A stretch of DNA of 64,000 nt from an uncultured delta proteobacterium (lineage in GTDB: Bacteria > Desulfobacterota > Binatia > UBA9968). The notes under the pieces are model-generated. The model was given only the letters and a program-made list of their open reading frames with translations, did no database searches and was not told the origin of the DNA. Below are positions 22,444 through 29,830 of this stretch, in pieces. The DNA is taken from positions 128,001 through 192,000 of the forward strand of contig CAWDPO010000043.1 of assembly GCA_963804165.1 (NCBI GenBank), written 5' to 3'. The first letter of the stretch is position 1; every line of letters starts with the position of its first letter. Both the position numbers and the translations under genes were made by a program.

Positions 22444-22502
22444 GTCTGCAAAAGGCAAATTGACAACATTTCCACACGGGTAACCTTAGGAAAGGTCTAC
22501 GC

Positions 22503-23576
22503 ATGCGTACGTTCAGCTACGATAGGTCCCGGAACTCGGTACTATGGGGATTGGTTTTGGCAGCCGGAGACGGTAGAAGACTGCAAAGCTATATCCAGAA
22601 GCTTCTCGGCGAGAATCTGCCTAAGCAATACGTTAATTTTGTCGGCCGGCGTTCGATGTTGGAGCACACTATCCACCGCGCTAAGAAGCTCATCTCAGCG
22701 CGCCAGGTCGTTACTATAGTAAGCCGCCAGCACCTGCAATTCACCACGGTCCAGCGCCAGCTTGCCCGCCTTTCGCCAAAAAACGTGATCGTTCAGCCCG
22801 AAAATCGAGAAACGCTTCCTGGAATCTTGCTGCCGTTGATGCATCTCTATAAACGCTGTTCGGAATCCATCGTCGCGTTATTTCCATCGGATCATTTCAT
22901 CTTGGAAGAAGACCGTTTCATGGATTATGTGGCGCAGGCCGCCCGTGCGGTCGCGCACGATCCCTCCCGCCTCGTCCTGCTCGCCATCGAGCCGCAGGAT
23001 CCTGAAACCGAGTATGGCTACGTTGTTCCGCGTGCAAATGACGGCCACTTAAGCATTTGGGGGACGCGTAGCGCCGTGCGTTTTGTCGAGAAGCCTAATG
23101 CCGCGATGGCCCACGGGCTTATTGAGTCAGGGGCCTTGTGGAACACCATGATTATGGTTTTTAAGGTTCGAACGCTCCTGCAGCTCATAGAGAAGCTTTG
23201 CCCGGCCGTGTATCTCGACTTCAGACGCATTCTTCCGGCGCTCGGCAGCGCGAATGAAACGGAAGCTGTCAATGAAATTTATCGGACACTCGAACCCATG
23301 AATTTTTCAAAGGTATTCTTAGAACGGCTTGCTGCGGTCAGTCCCGAGCGGATATCGGTACTGCCGGTGCTCCAGGTATTCTGGAGCGACTGGGGCTCGC
23401 CGGAACGGTTGTTACGGACGCAGGAGCTACTGACGGCTTCACGTGTGGGGCAATTCAAGTACGTCGTGCAACGTCATGAATATCGGGCACTGGAAGCAAA
23501 TCAAGGCGACCAGGCAGCCCACGATGGAGTGATAGTCCAGCGGGCGTGTCATTCACGCGCGGGAGAATGTCTATGA
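22503..23576 (+). CDS. Sugar-phosphate nucleotidyltransferase (mannose-1-phosphate guanylyltransferase-like, divergent)
   Basis: LVLAAGDGRRL...PKQY; FPSDHFI; ETEYGYV; FVEKP; WSDWGSP. Confidence 0.85.
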   Translation: MRTFSYDRSRNSVLWGLVLAAGDGRRLQSYIQKLLGENLPKQYVNFVGRRSMLEHTIHRAKKLISARQVVTIVSRQHLQFTTVQRQLARLSPKNVIVQPENRETLPGILLPLMHLYKRCSESIVALFPSDHFILEEDRFMDYVAQAARAVAHDPSRLVLLAIEPQDPETEYGYVVPRANDGHLSIWGTRSAVRFVEKPNAAMAHGLIESGALWNTMIMVFKVRTLLQLIEKLCPAVYLDFRRILPALGSANETEAVNEIYRTLEPMNFSKVFLERLAAVSPERISVLPVLQVFWSDWGSPERLLRTQELLTASRVGQFKYVVQRHEYRALEANQGDQAAHDGVIVQRACHSRAGECL

Positions 23577-24007
23577 GAACGATATCGGTGCGCAAACGGC
23601 TCGGATTGATGACGCTTGTATTCAGCGGCGGTCTTCTGGCACTCCTACCTGTTGCATCGCCGCAAAACGTCCGCGCGCGCGAAGAGGCGGCGCGTATAGT
23701 GACTGTTGAGAAGATCGCCATCACGGACGATGTAGTTTCGGGCGAGGTGCTCAATCGCTCTCCGAATGTACTTCGTGATATCCAACTTTTGATTCGCTAC
23801 ACCTGGTTGTGGGACAACGAAACGAAACCCGGTAAGGACGATCCCAGTACATCCATCTACTACGTTTTGCCCAAAGAGATTCCCCCCGGTGGGCGCTTGC
23901 CCTTCACGTACAAACCGTCGCCTCCGTTACCCAAGAGGGTGGGTGGGCGCTTTGAAACTTCGGCCTCTATCGCCGGGTTTGCCGAAGTGATTCAGCAAAT
24001 TCGGTAG
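23573..24007 (+). CDS. Hypothetical exported protein
   Basis: ATGA overlap with the upstream stop; N-terminal hydrophobic signal; beta-rich mature part. Confidence 0.6.
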   Translation: MRTISVRKRLGLMTLVFSGGLLALLPVASPQNVRAREEAARIVTVEKIAITDDVVSGEVLNRSPNVLRDIQLLIRYTWLWDNETKPGKDDPSTSIYYVLPKEIPPGGRLPFTYKPSPPLPKRVGGRFETSASIAGFAEVIQQIR

Positions 24008-24025
24008 CCGCCAGAGTCAATTGGC

Positions 24026-25756
24026 TCACTCCGTCTCTGGTCGAATCTGGTAATGATCTTGGATGTGCGCCAGAATCTCCGCTCGATCGGGATTGACTCC
24101 CGCCGGCATGGTACGCTCGAGTTTACGCAGTCCCTTCGCTAGCTGTTGGTCGCCAATGACTTCGCCTACCCAGCGGGAAAAGTCACCCGCAAGCAAATGG
24201 TGGCGCAGCGAAAAAAATGGCAAGGTCTGCACTGCCTGGTAGAATTCCATCATATTATGGGCGGCGAGTGCCTTACCCGCATTGACGAAGCGAAATGCCT
24301 TGTCATCGGGCAAACGCGTGTCCGCGTATTTGCGGGCGTGATGTGAGTGCCCCGTCACCCGTTTCACGGGAGTGAACACTTCCCAAGGGGCTTTCACCGA
24401 ATTCACCATTAGGAGTCCGGCATGCGGCGGTTCCAGGCGATCGAGTGCATCGTGCACGGGTATCTGCAGATGATCATGCGCCTGTAGGATCTTGGTGACG
24501 AAGTAACGCTCTTCCTCGACTTTAGTGCTGGTAATGACGTGTGCGCCGATGGTGCCATAGACTCCGCTCGCCAATAAGCTAGGCCGATACGTCACGAAAC
24601 AAAAACTTCCGCTGGAAGTATTAAGATACTTCAAGCAAGGACTCTGTGCCTGAAAGAAGTAATGCGCCTCATCGATCACAATCCAGTGCGGGCAACCCGT
24701 GCTTTGCCGCATCTCCTGCAGCGCCCCGAGTAACTGATCGACGTAATGCAGTTGATCCTGAGGCGCCCGGGATGAGAGCACCAATATGATACTTAGGGCT
24801 TCGTTGCTAAGGAGCCTTGCTGCCGCTGCCGGGGAGAGCAAAGCTAGTTCAACTCCGAAGGTCACGACCCTGGATCGCTCTCCCATCTGAGCATAATCAC
24901 CTTCGGGATCGATGACGCAAACGCGGTAGCCTTGTTCGATGAGTTGCTCGCCAAGAAGACCCGCGATCCAGGATTTTCCCGAGCGGGGGTCACCGCTGAC
25001 GACAACGTTGGTACCGGAAGTGGGAATCGTGACCGGCTGTCCTTCCGAGTTCTTGCCGAGCAAGACGGTGCGACGAGCAGGAGTAGGCACGGCACCGCTG
25101 TGCTCCAACAAATTTCGGATATAAGCAGCGACGCCGGCTCCGCCCGGCTGCGACAACCGATCATCGGCGAGCGCCGTTACTGCGGGGATGGAACCGCGCG
25201 CGGCCACTCCGATTTCCGCATTCACTAGCATGGGTATATCGTTTTCCGCATCGCCGAAAGCGATCAAATTTCGTTCCGATCGTCCCAGCTCAGCCAGCGC
25301 TCGACGAATTCCGACCGCCTTATTGATTCCGCTAGGGAGAACCATCAAGGCAGCTCGGTTGAAGACCAATTGGCCGTCAATGCCGAACCGACGGATGAGC
25401 GCAAGAAGCTTATCGGCGTGCTGTTCCCAGGTGCCAACGATTACCGCCCCTGTATGAAACGGCACACCCAGCGCTCGTAGCTCGCCGAGAAAGTGCTCGG
25501 ATGGCGGTTCGCCAATTTGAATTGTCCGCTCCAGCCCGCAAAGATAAATTAGGGCTCCATTTTCCGCGACGACGGCATCGAAAGGCGATAACTCGTCGCA
25601 CGCGCGTTGGACATCCTCCAAGACTCGTCCCGTGACTAATAAGGTCACGAATCCTTGGGCCCGCGCTGCCGCCAATGCGGCATACAATTCGGGGGCAGGA
25701 TGTCCGTCAGTGGCTCCGGTGCCGTCGAAGTCACATGCGATGACACGGCAATACAT
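24026..25756 (-). CDS. HAD-IIB phosphatase fused to a HerA/DUF87-like P-loop domain and a DUF5752-like C-terminus
   Basis: ACDFDGT and FGDAEND (HAD); GDPRSGKS, IDPEGDY, WIVIDEAH (P-loop); AHNMMEF...HHL..GDFSRWVGEVIGD. Confidence 0.8.
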   Translation of the reverse strand: MYCRVIACDFDGTGATDGHPAPELYAALAAARAQGFVTLLVTGRVLEDVQRACDELSPFDAVVAENGALIYLCGLERTIQIGEPPSEHFLGELRALGVPFHTGAVIVGTWEQHADKLLALIRRFGIDGQLVFNRAALMVLPSGINKAVGIRRALAELGRSERNLIAFGDAENDIPMLVNAEIGVAARGSIPAVTALADDRLSQPGGAGVAAYIRNLLEHSGAVPTPARRTVLLGKNSEGQPVTIPTSGTNVVVSGDPRSGKSWIAGLLGEQLIEQGYRVCVIDPEGDYAQMGERSRVVTFGVELALLSPAAAARLLSNEALSIILVLSSRAPQDQLHYVDQLLGALQEMRQSTGCPHWIVIDEAHYFFQAQSPCLKYLNTSSGSFCFVTYRPSLLASGVYGTIGAHVITSTKVEEERYFVTKILQAHDHLQIPVHDALDRLEPPHAGLLMVNSVKAPWEVFTPVKRVTGHSHHARKYADTRLPDDKAFRFVNAGKALAAHNMMEFYQAVQTLPFFSLRHHLLAGDFSRWVGEVIGDQQLAKGLRKLERTMPAGVNPDRAEILAHIQDHYQIRPETE

Positions 25757-25782
25757 ATTCGAAATCCAGGATCCGAAGCTGA

Positions 25783-26268
25783 TTAGGCAGCCTTCCTTCT
25801 GCGCGGTTCCACCAGTCGAACAATCTGGGGCTTCGCAAATACAGTGAAATCTCTGTAGCGCAACCTCACCGTCTGGGCATGATTCCCGGCGTTGAAGTAG
25901 ATGTATTGATCCTTCTCCAGCTCGGGATCGACGTAGACTTTGAGGCCAAAAAGATTTCCAAATGGCGGCATCGCGCCGATTTCACAGCCGGGAAAGCGCG
26001 AGATAAATTCATCTTCTGTTGCCAATCGCACCCGGGTGGCACCCAAGCTCGACCGTGCCATATCCAAGCTGATCTTATGGCTGCCCCTAATCACGCCCAT
26101 GACCAGCGTGCCGTCGACAACAAGCATCACAACCTTGGCGATTTCGTTTCCGGACACGTGTTGCTGGGCGGCGATCTCCTGCGCAGTATACGCAAGCGGG
26201 TGGTTGAAAACCTCGTACGACACTTTCCCTTCATCGAGCATTTCCTTTAGCTTCGTCAAAATCGGCAT
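25783..26268 (-). CDS. YbaK/EbsC/ProX family aminoacyl-tRNA deacylase-like protein
   Basis: HPLAYTAQEIA; AKVVM; FPGCEIGAMPPFG; YFNAGNH; AAGGAGG RBS. Confidence 0.9.
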   Translation of the reverse strand: MPILTKLKEMLDEGKVSYEVFNHPLAYTAQEIAAQQHVSGNEIAKVVMLVVDGTLVMGVIRGSHKISLDMARSSLGATRVRLATEDEFISRFPGCEIGAMPPFGNLFGLKVYVDPELEKDQYIYFNAGNHAQTVRLRYRDFTVFAKPQIVRLVEPRRRKAA

Positions 26269-26332
26269 AACTTCCTCCTTTCGGCTGCAATGCACTAATT
26301 AAATTAGATTTAATCTCTGTTGAATATTGGTG

Positions 26333-26347
26333 GCAAGAACCGTGCCT
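26333..26347 (-). promoter_or_regulatory. Sigma-54 promoter (-24/-12) for ybaK-HAD
   Basis: Minus strand AGGCACGGTTCTTGC, 65 nt upstream of the ATG at 26268. Confidence 0.8.
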
Positions 26348-26543
26348 TAGATTCGGGCAAGACGTTTTCTATTTCCTGCACGATATAGGCTCTCCACAGA
26401 TGCACCCTCATGATTGAGGCGACCTCAGTTCCCACCGCTGATAATTCTCCTGGTTCGTTTTCTCACGCGTGCGAGCCGAGTGGCCCAATCAGATAAATTC
26501 TCAGTTTATTCGCGGGATTTCTCGCTGCGAAAATCGTTCACCG

Positions 26544-26558
26544 TGGCACATCTCTTGC
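26544..26558 (+). promoter_or_regulatory. Sigma-54 promoter (-24/-12) for the HPF gene
   Basis: TGGCACATCTCTTGC, 54 nt upstream of the ATG at 26612. Confidence 0.85.
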
Positions 26559-26611
26559 CGCTCTTTGTGGATGAATGCGGGCGCACAATCAGCAAAGATG
26601 GAGGAAGACAT

Positions 26612-27079
26612 ATGAAAATTCCCTTGAAGATCACCTTTCGTGACATGCCCCCTTCGAAAGCGATCGAGAACAATATTCGCGCGAAAGCCAGCAAGCTGGA
26701 TGTATTTTACGACGCCATCATGAGCTGTCGGGTCATCGTCGAGGCGCCGCACCGCCACCATCATAAGGGCAAGGCCTATGTAGTACGTATCGACCTGACT
26801 GTCCCGGGAGGCGAACTGGTGGTCAATCGTGAGCCCAAGCGTCTAGTGGCCGCCCCGGTGGAACATATAGAAGAATTAGAAAAGACATGGGCCGAAAGTC
26901 ATGGGCCGAGCAAGCATGCGGCACATGAGGATGCCTATGTCGCTATTCGCGATGCCTTCAACGCGGCGGCGCGTAAGTTACAGGACTATGCGCGGCGGCA
27001 GCTGGCAAGACTAAGGTCCATGAATCCACGCGGCTGCGTCACCCTAAACGGTCCTCTCCGAATTCTTGAGACGATTTGA
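26612..27079 (+). CDS. HPF/RaiA family ribosome hibernation protein
   Basis: GGAGG RBS; MKIPLKITFRDMPPSKAIE...CRVIVEAPHRHHHKG...AHEDAYVAIRDAFNAAARKLQDY. Confidence 0.88.
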   Translation: MKIPLKITFRDMPPSKAIENNIRAKASKLDVFYDAIMSCRVIVEAPHRHHHKGKAYVVRIDLTVPGGELVVNREPKRLVAAPVEHIEELEKTWAESHGPSKHAAHEDAYVAIRDAFNAAARKLQDYARRQLARLRSMNPRGCVTLNGPLRILETI

Positions 27080-27165
27080 GCGAGCGAACAGCAAGCCGCG
27101 CAACGGTTCCTGAAACCAGGGCGACGCGCCGTTCGGTTTTGGCCGTCTCAGCGGGAACCCGATGA

Positions 27166-27531
27166 TCATGCCGCACGCCCGTGCACGCCGTGCCGGTGTT
27201 TAGTCTTTTCCTCTGCGTGTTTGTCTTTCGTTTCGCGCAGTCCGCGACGAACGTACTCTGGGTCGAGGCCGAGGAGATCGCACACATTGTCGAAGGAAAA
27301 GATCCAGTCGTTACCCCTGTGCATAATCCACTTCTCGGCAGTACGGAATCGTTCTTTACCCTTCGGATCGTGCGCCCGACTGTATTTGCGATACTCATGC
27401 GCCGCGTCTTCAAGAATCGCAGCGACTAGCGCTCGTTCGGGTTCGAGGTGCTCGCTGCGGCGAAACGTATCCAAGTACTGCTGCGCCATTGAAGTGTCGC
27501 CGTTCATGATCGTAATAATGTTTTCCGCCAT
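27166..27531 (-). CDS. Conserved hypothetical protein (EPERALVAAILEDA / WIFSFDNVCDLLGLDP type)
   Basis: ORF with AGGAAGG RBS-like sequence and its own sigma-54 motif. Confidence 0.7.
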   Translation of the reverse strand: MAENIITIMNGDTSMAQQYLDTFRRSEHLEPERALVAAILEDAAHEYRKYSRAHDPKGKERFRTAEKWIMHRGNDWIFSFDNVCDLLGLDPEYVRRGLRETKDKHAEEKTKHRHGVHGRAA

Positions 27532-27585
27532 TGCGCTCACCTTCCTTTCTACTTTGAGTTTCGAATTCGTCCCTAAATAACTCAC

Positions 27586-27600
27586 GCAACCGATATGCCA
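27586..27600 (-). promoter_or_regulatory. Sigma-54 promoter (-24/-12)
   Basis: Minus strand TGGCATATCGGTTGC, 55 nt upstream of the ATG at 27531. Confidence 0.8.
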
Positions 27601-27660
27601 CTAGGTTACGCGGAGCTGATGCCGTGTTCTTCCCAGCCTTGCAAGAATTTGCCCGGCGCC

Positions 27661-27676
27661 TTCTCAGCGCTGAGAA
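27661..27676. promoter_or_regulatory. Perfect 16-bp palindrome between divergent sigma-54 promoters, candidate enhancer (UAS)
   Basis: TTCTCAGCGCTGAGAA. Confidence 0.5.
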
Positions 27677-27724
27677 ATGGCCATGACTAAAAGCCGAAAA
27701 GTCGAAGTAAATCGAGCGTATCAA

Positions 27725-27739
27725 TGGCATAGCCGTTGC
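27725..27739 (+). promoter_or_regulatory. Sigma-54 promoter (-24/-12) for hsp20
   Basis: TGGCATAGCCGTTGC, 72 nt upstream of the ATG at 27811. Confidence 0.8.
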
Positions 27740-27810
27740 GTTTGTTAACTATCGAATCGTTTAAATAGTTCACGCCACTCGATGGAATTGGTTTTCGGAG
27801 CATTGAGCCC

Positions 27811-28239
27811 ATGGCAAAGAAACAAAATGATTTGATCTCATTTCCCATGCATCTGCCGCGAGAAGTGGAACGCCTGTTTGATGAAATCATTCACCGTCCT
27901 TGGGGTTCTTGCCGAGAGATACGCGGCTGGAGTCCCTCCATTGATCTTTACGAAACCGCTGAAGCGTTCATTCTCGAAGCGGACCTTCCGGGGGTTAATT
28001 CCGACGATGTCACGGTGGAGATCGAAAATAGCGATTTGGTCTTACAGGGCTGGCGCTCCCTGGAAAAGAAACACGATGATGGCCAGTTTCACACCATGGA
28101 GCGCTCATCAGGGAACTTTGTCCGGCGTATCAAACTTCCCGAATCGGTCGACAAAAACGCTATTAACGCCGAGTTCCACGACGGCGTATTGCGGGTCATC
28201 ATTCCGAAAGCCAAAGAACGGAGAGAAGAAGCAAAATGA
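27811..28239 (+). CDS. Hsp20/alpha-crystallin small heat-shock protein
   Basis: WSPSIDLYET; ADLPGV; ERSSGNFVRRIKLPESVD; FHDGVLRVIIPK. Confidence 0.93.
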   Translation: MAKKQNDLISFPMHLPREVERLFDEIIHRPWGSCREIRGWSPSIDLYETAEAFILEADLPGVNSDDVTVEIENSDLVLQGWRSLEKKHDDGQFHTMERSSGNFVRRIKLPESVDKNAINAEFHDGVLRVIIPKAKERREEAK

Positions 28240-28519
28240 TCGGCAACACTGAATTAACATCCGCCGAACCTCACAAGGAATCGGTTTGCCACGCCCGCGA
28301 GCAAGCTCGCCGGCGATTTCACATCGACGCGCGATTTGACCCGCGCGACCGAATTCATCGGTCAGGAGCGCGCCCTGGCAGCATTGGATTTGGGCTTGGG
28401 CATCGGCGGCAACGGCTACAATATTTTCGTTTCCGGTCTGACCGGCGCCGAGAAGTTGGAAACCGTGCACCGTTGGGTCGCTGAGAGGGCATCCTCCAGC
28501 GCCACGCCTGGCGACTGGG
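28236..28519 (+). pseudogene. N-terminal remnant of a Lon-like (AAA_32/LonC-type) protease
   Basis: ATGA coupling to hsp20; FIGQERALAALDLGLGI...GYNIFVSGLTG...PGDW, then homology stops. Confidence 0.75.
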
Positions 28520-28529
28520 GGACAGTTGG

Positions 28530-28697
28530 GCCGACTGGTACGTCCACGAAACCACTCGCATCGACGACGCACTGACCCGTATCGAAGGCCGATACGGTGT
28601 TTGCCTCGGTTGCCACGAGCCGATCGAGCCGCATCGTCTCGAATCGACTGTCCGGTTTTTGTCCGGTCAATTGAGAAAAAACGTGAAAGTTTGTTAA
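28530..28697 (+). pseudogene. C-terminal remnant of a DksA/TraR C4 zinc-finger protein (not in ORF track)
   Basis: ADWYVHETTRIDDALTRIEGRYGVCLGCHEPIEPHRLES; no start codon and second CxxC degraded. Confidence 0.7.
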
Positions 28698-28721
28698 ACT
28701 TCGCCTCAGCGGTATCTAGGA

Positions 28722-28734
28722 AATTAAAGACTTA
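28722..28734 (+). promoter_or_regulatory. IHF-like site beside the att-like tRNA fragment
   Basis: AATTAAAGACTTA vs WATCAANNNNTTR, one mismatch. Confidence 0.4.
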
Positions 28735-28766
28735 GGTAGATTGTGGTAGGTGGTGAAAGGTTTGTT

Positions 28767-28815
28767 CCGGTCTCTCACGTCGGGAACACGGGTTCGATTC
28801 CCGTTGGGACCACCA
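28767..28815 (+). tRNA. 3' half of tRNA-Glu(CTC) only; probable att duplication (island boundary)
   Basis: CCGGT-CTCTCAC-GTCGG anticodon arm, ACGGG-TTCGATT-CCCGT T-arm, TGGGACC-A-CCA end; no upstream GGTCCCA acceptor strand or D-arm. Confidence 0.8.
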
Positions 28816-28955
28816 CAACGCCACACCTCCTTCGATCGGCTCAACTTCAGGGACTGCCTACTGCTGGTCGCACCGTTTTTCGTCCATGTATGCTATTAGA
28901 GGAGAATCGCTTCAACGATCGCGATCAGCCGGATCTCAGTCGAGGAGGTTCACGG

Positions 28956-29771
28956 ATGAAATTTGTCGGCAGGGGCCAGCCCCTCACTCGCGCGGGCCTC
29001 AACAAAGCGCTGGCAATCTTGGGGCTCGATGCCAACGATGCCGCCTACATTTGGACCGTCGTCGAAGTCGAAACCGCTGGATTAACTCAAGGGTTTGGTT
29101 TTCGCGTCGATCGCCGGCCGCAGATTCTCTTCGAGCGTCATATTTTTAGAAAATTCACCGACGGTCGCTTCGATGGCAGCTCGCCGGAGATTTCGGGTCC
29201 CGCCGGTAATTATGGACTGCTTTCGGACCAATACAATAAACTCGAAAAAGCTCTCGCCCTTTGCGCTAAAGCAAAGTTGGGAGTCGAGCCAGCGCTCAAG
29301 TCCGCCTCTTGGGGCATGGGGCAGGTGATGGGCTTTAACTGCGAAGTTGCCGGGTATAAATCCGCGGCGACGATGATTCGGGCCATGGTGAAGGGCGAGA
29401 ACGCTCATCTCTCAGCCATGGCTGGATACCTCAGAGCCAACGGGTTAGCCAAAAAGCTCGTCCAGAAAGATTGGACTGGCTTTGCCAAAATCTATAACGG
29501 TCCGAGCTATTGGCAAAACCGCTATGACGTTAAACTCGCCGAGCAGTATCAGCGCTTCAGTAGCGGCTCGCTGCCCAATTTAGAAATGCGCACCGCGCAG
29601 GTCGCTTTGCTTTTCTTGGGCTACGCTCCGGGAAAAATCGACGGGGTCCTCGGCCCGCGCACGCGCGCGGCGATCAAGAACTTTCGGATCGCCGCCGGTC
29701 TGCCAGGCAGCGAAGAACTCGACGGCCCGACGTATCAAGTCCTCTGCAAAAAAGCAGGTATTCGCCCCTAG
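28956..29771 (+). CDS. N-acetylmuramidase (DUF3380) with C-terminal peptidoglycan-binding domain
   Basis: GAGGAGG RBS; VVEVET; PQILFERHIF; SASWGMGQVMGFN; FAKIYNGP; LGYAPGKIDGVLGPRTRAAIKNF. Confidence 0.9.
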   Translation: MKFVGRGQPLTRAGLNKALAILGLDANDAAYIWTVVEVETAGLTQGFGFRVDRRPQILFERHIFRKFTDGRFDGSSPEISGPAGNYGLLSDQYNKLEKALALCAKAKLGVEPALKSASWGMGQVMGFNCEVAGYKSAATMIRAMVKGENAHLSAMAGYLRANGLAKKLVQKDWTGFAKIYNGPSYWQNRYDVKLAEQYQRFSSGSLPNLEMRTAQVALLFLGYAPGKIDGVLGPRTRAAIKNFRIAAGLPGSEELDGPTYQVLCKKAGIRP

Positions 29772-29830
29772 CTGTATAGAATTCCCGGCAAGGAACTGTT
29801 CGCATTCCTCTTTCCGGATACCAAGCGACA

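Larger units (their letters stand above)
1..28815. mobile_element. Putative tRNA-Glu-integrated genomic island (right part only)
   Basis: tRNA 3' fragment plus IHF-like site at the right end, gene debris next to it, accessory gene content; integrase not in window. Confidence 0.5.

Noticed and set aside
28740-28815. Intact tRNA-Glu gene
   Set aside because: No 5' acceptor strand (GGTCCCA) or D-arm upstream; reported as a fragment.
28743-28955. N-terminal extension of the muramidase ORF
   Set aside because: It reads through the tRNA fragment; a strong GAGGAGG RBS points to ATG 28956.
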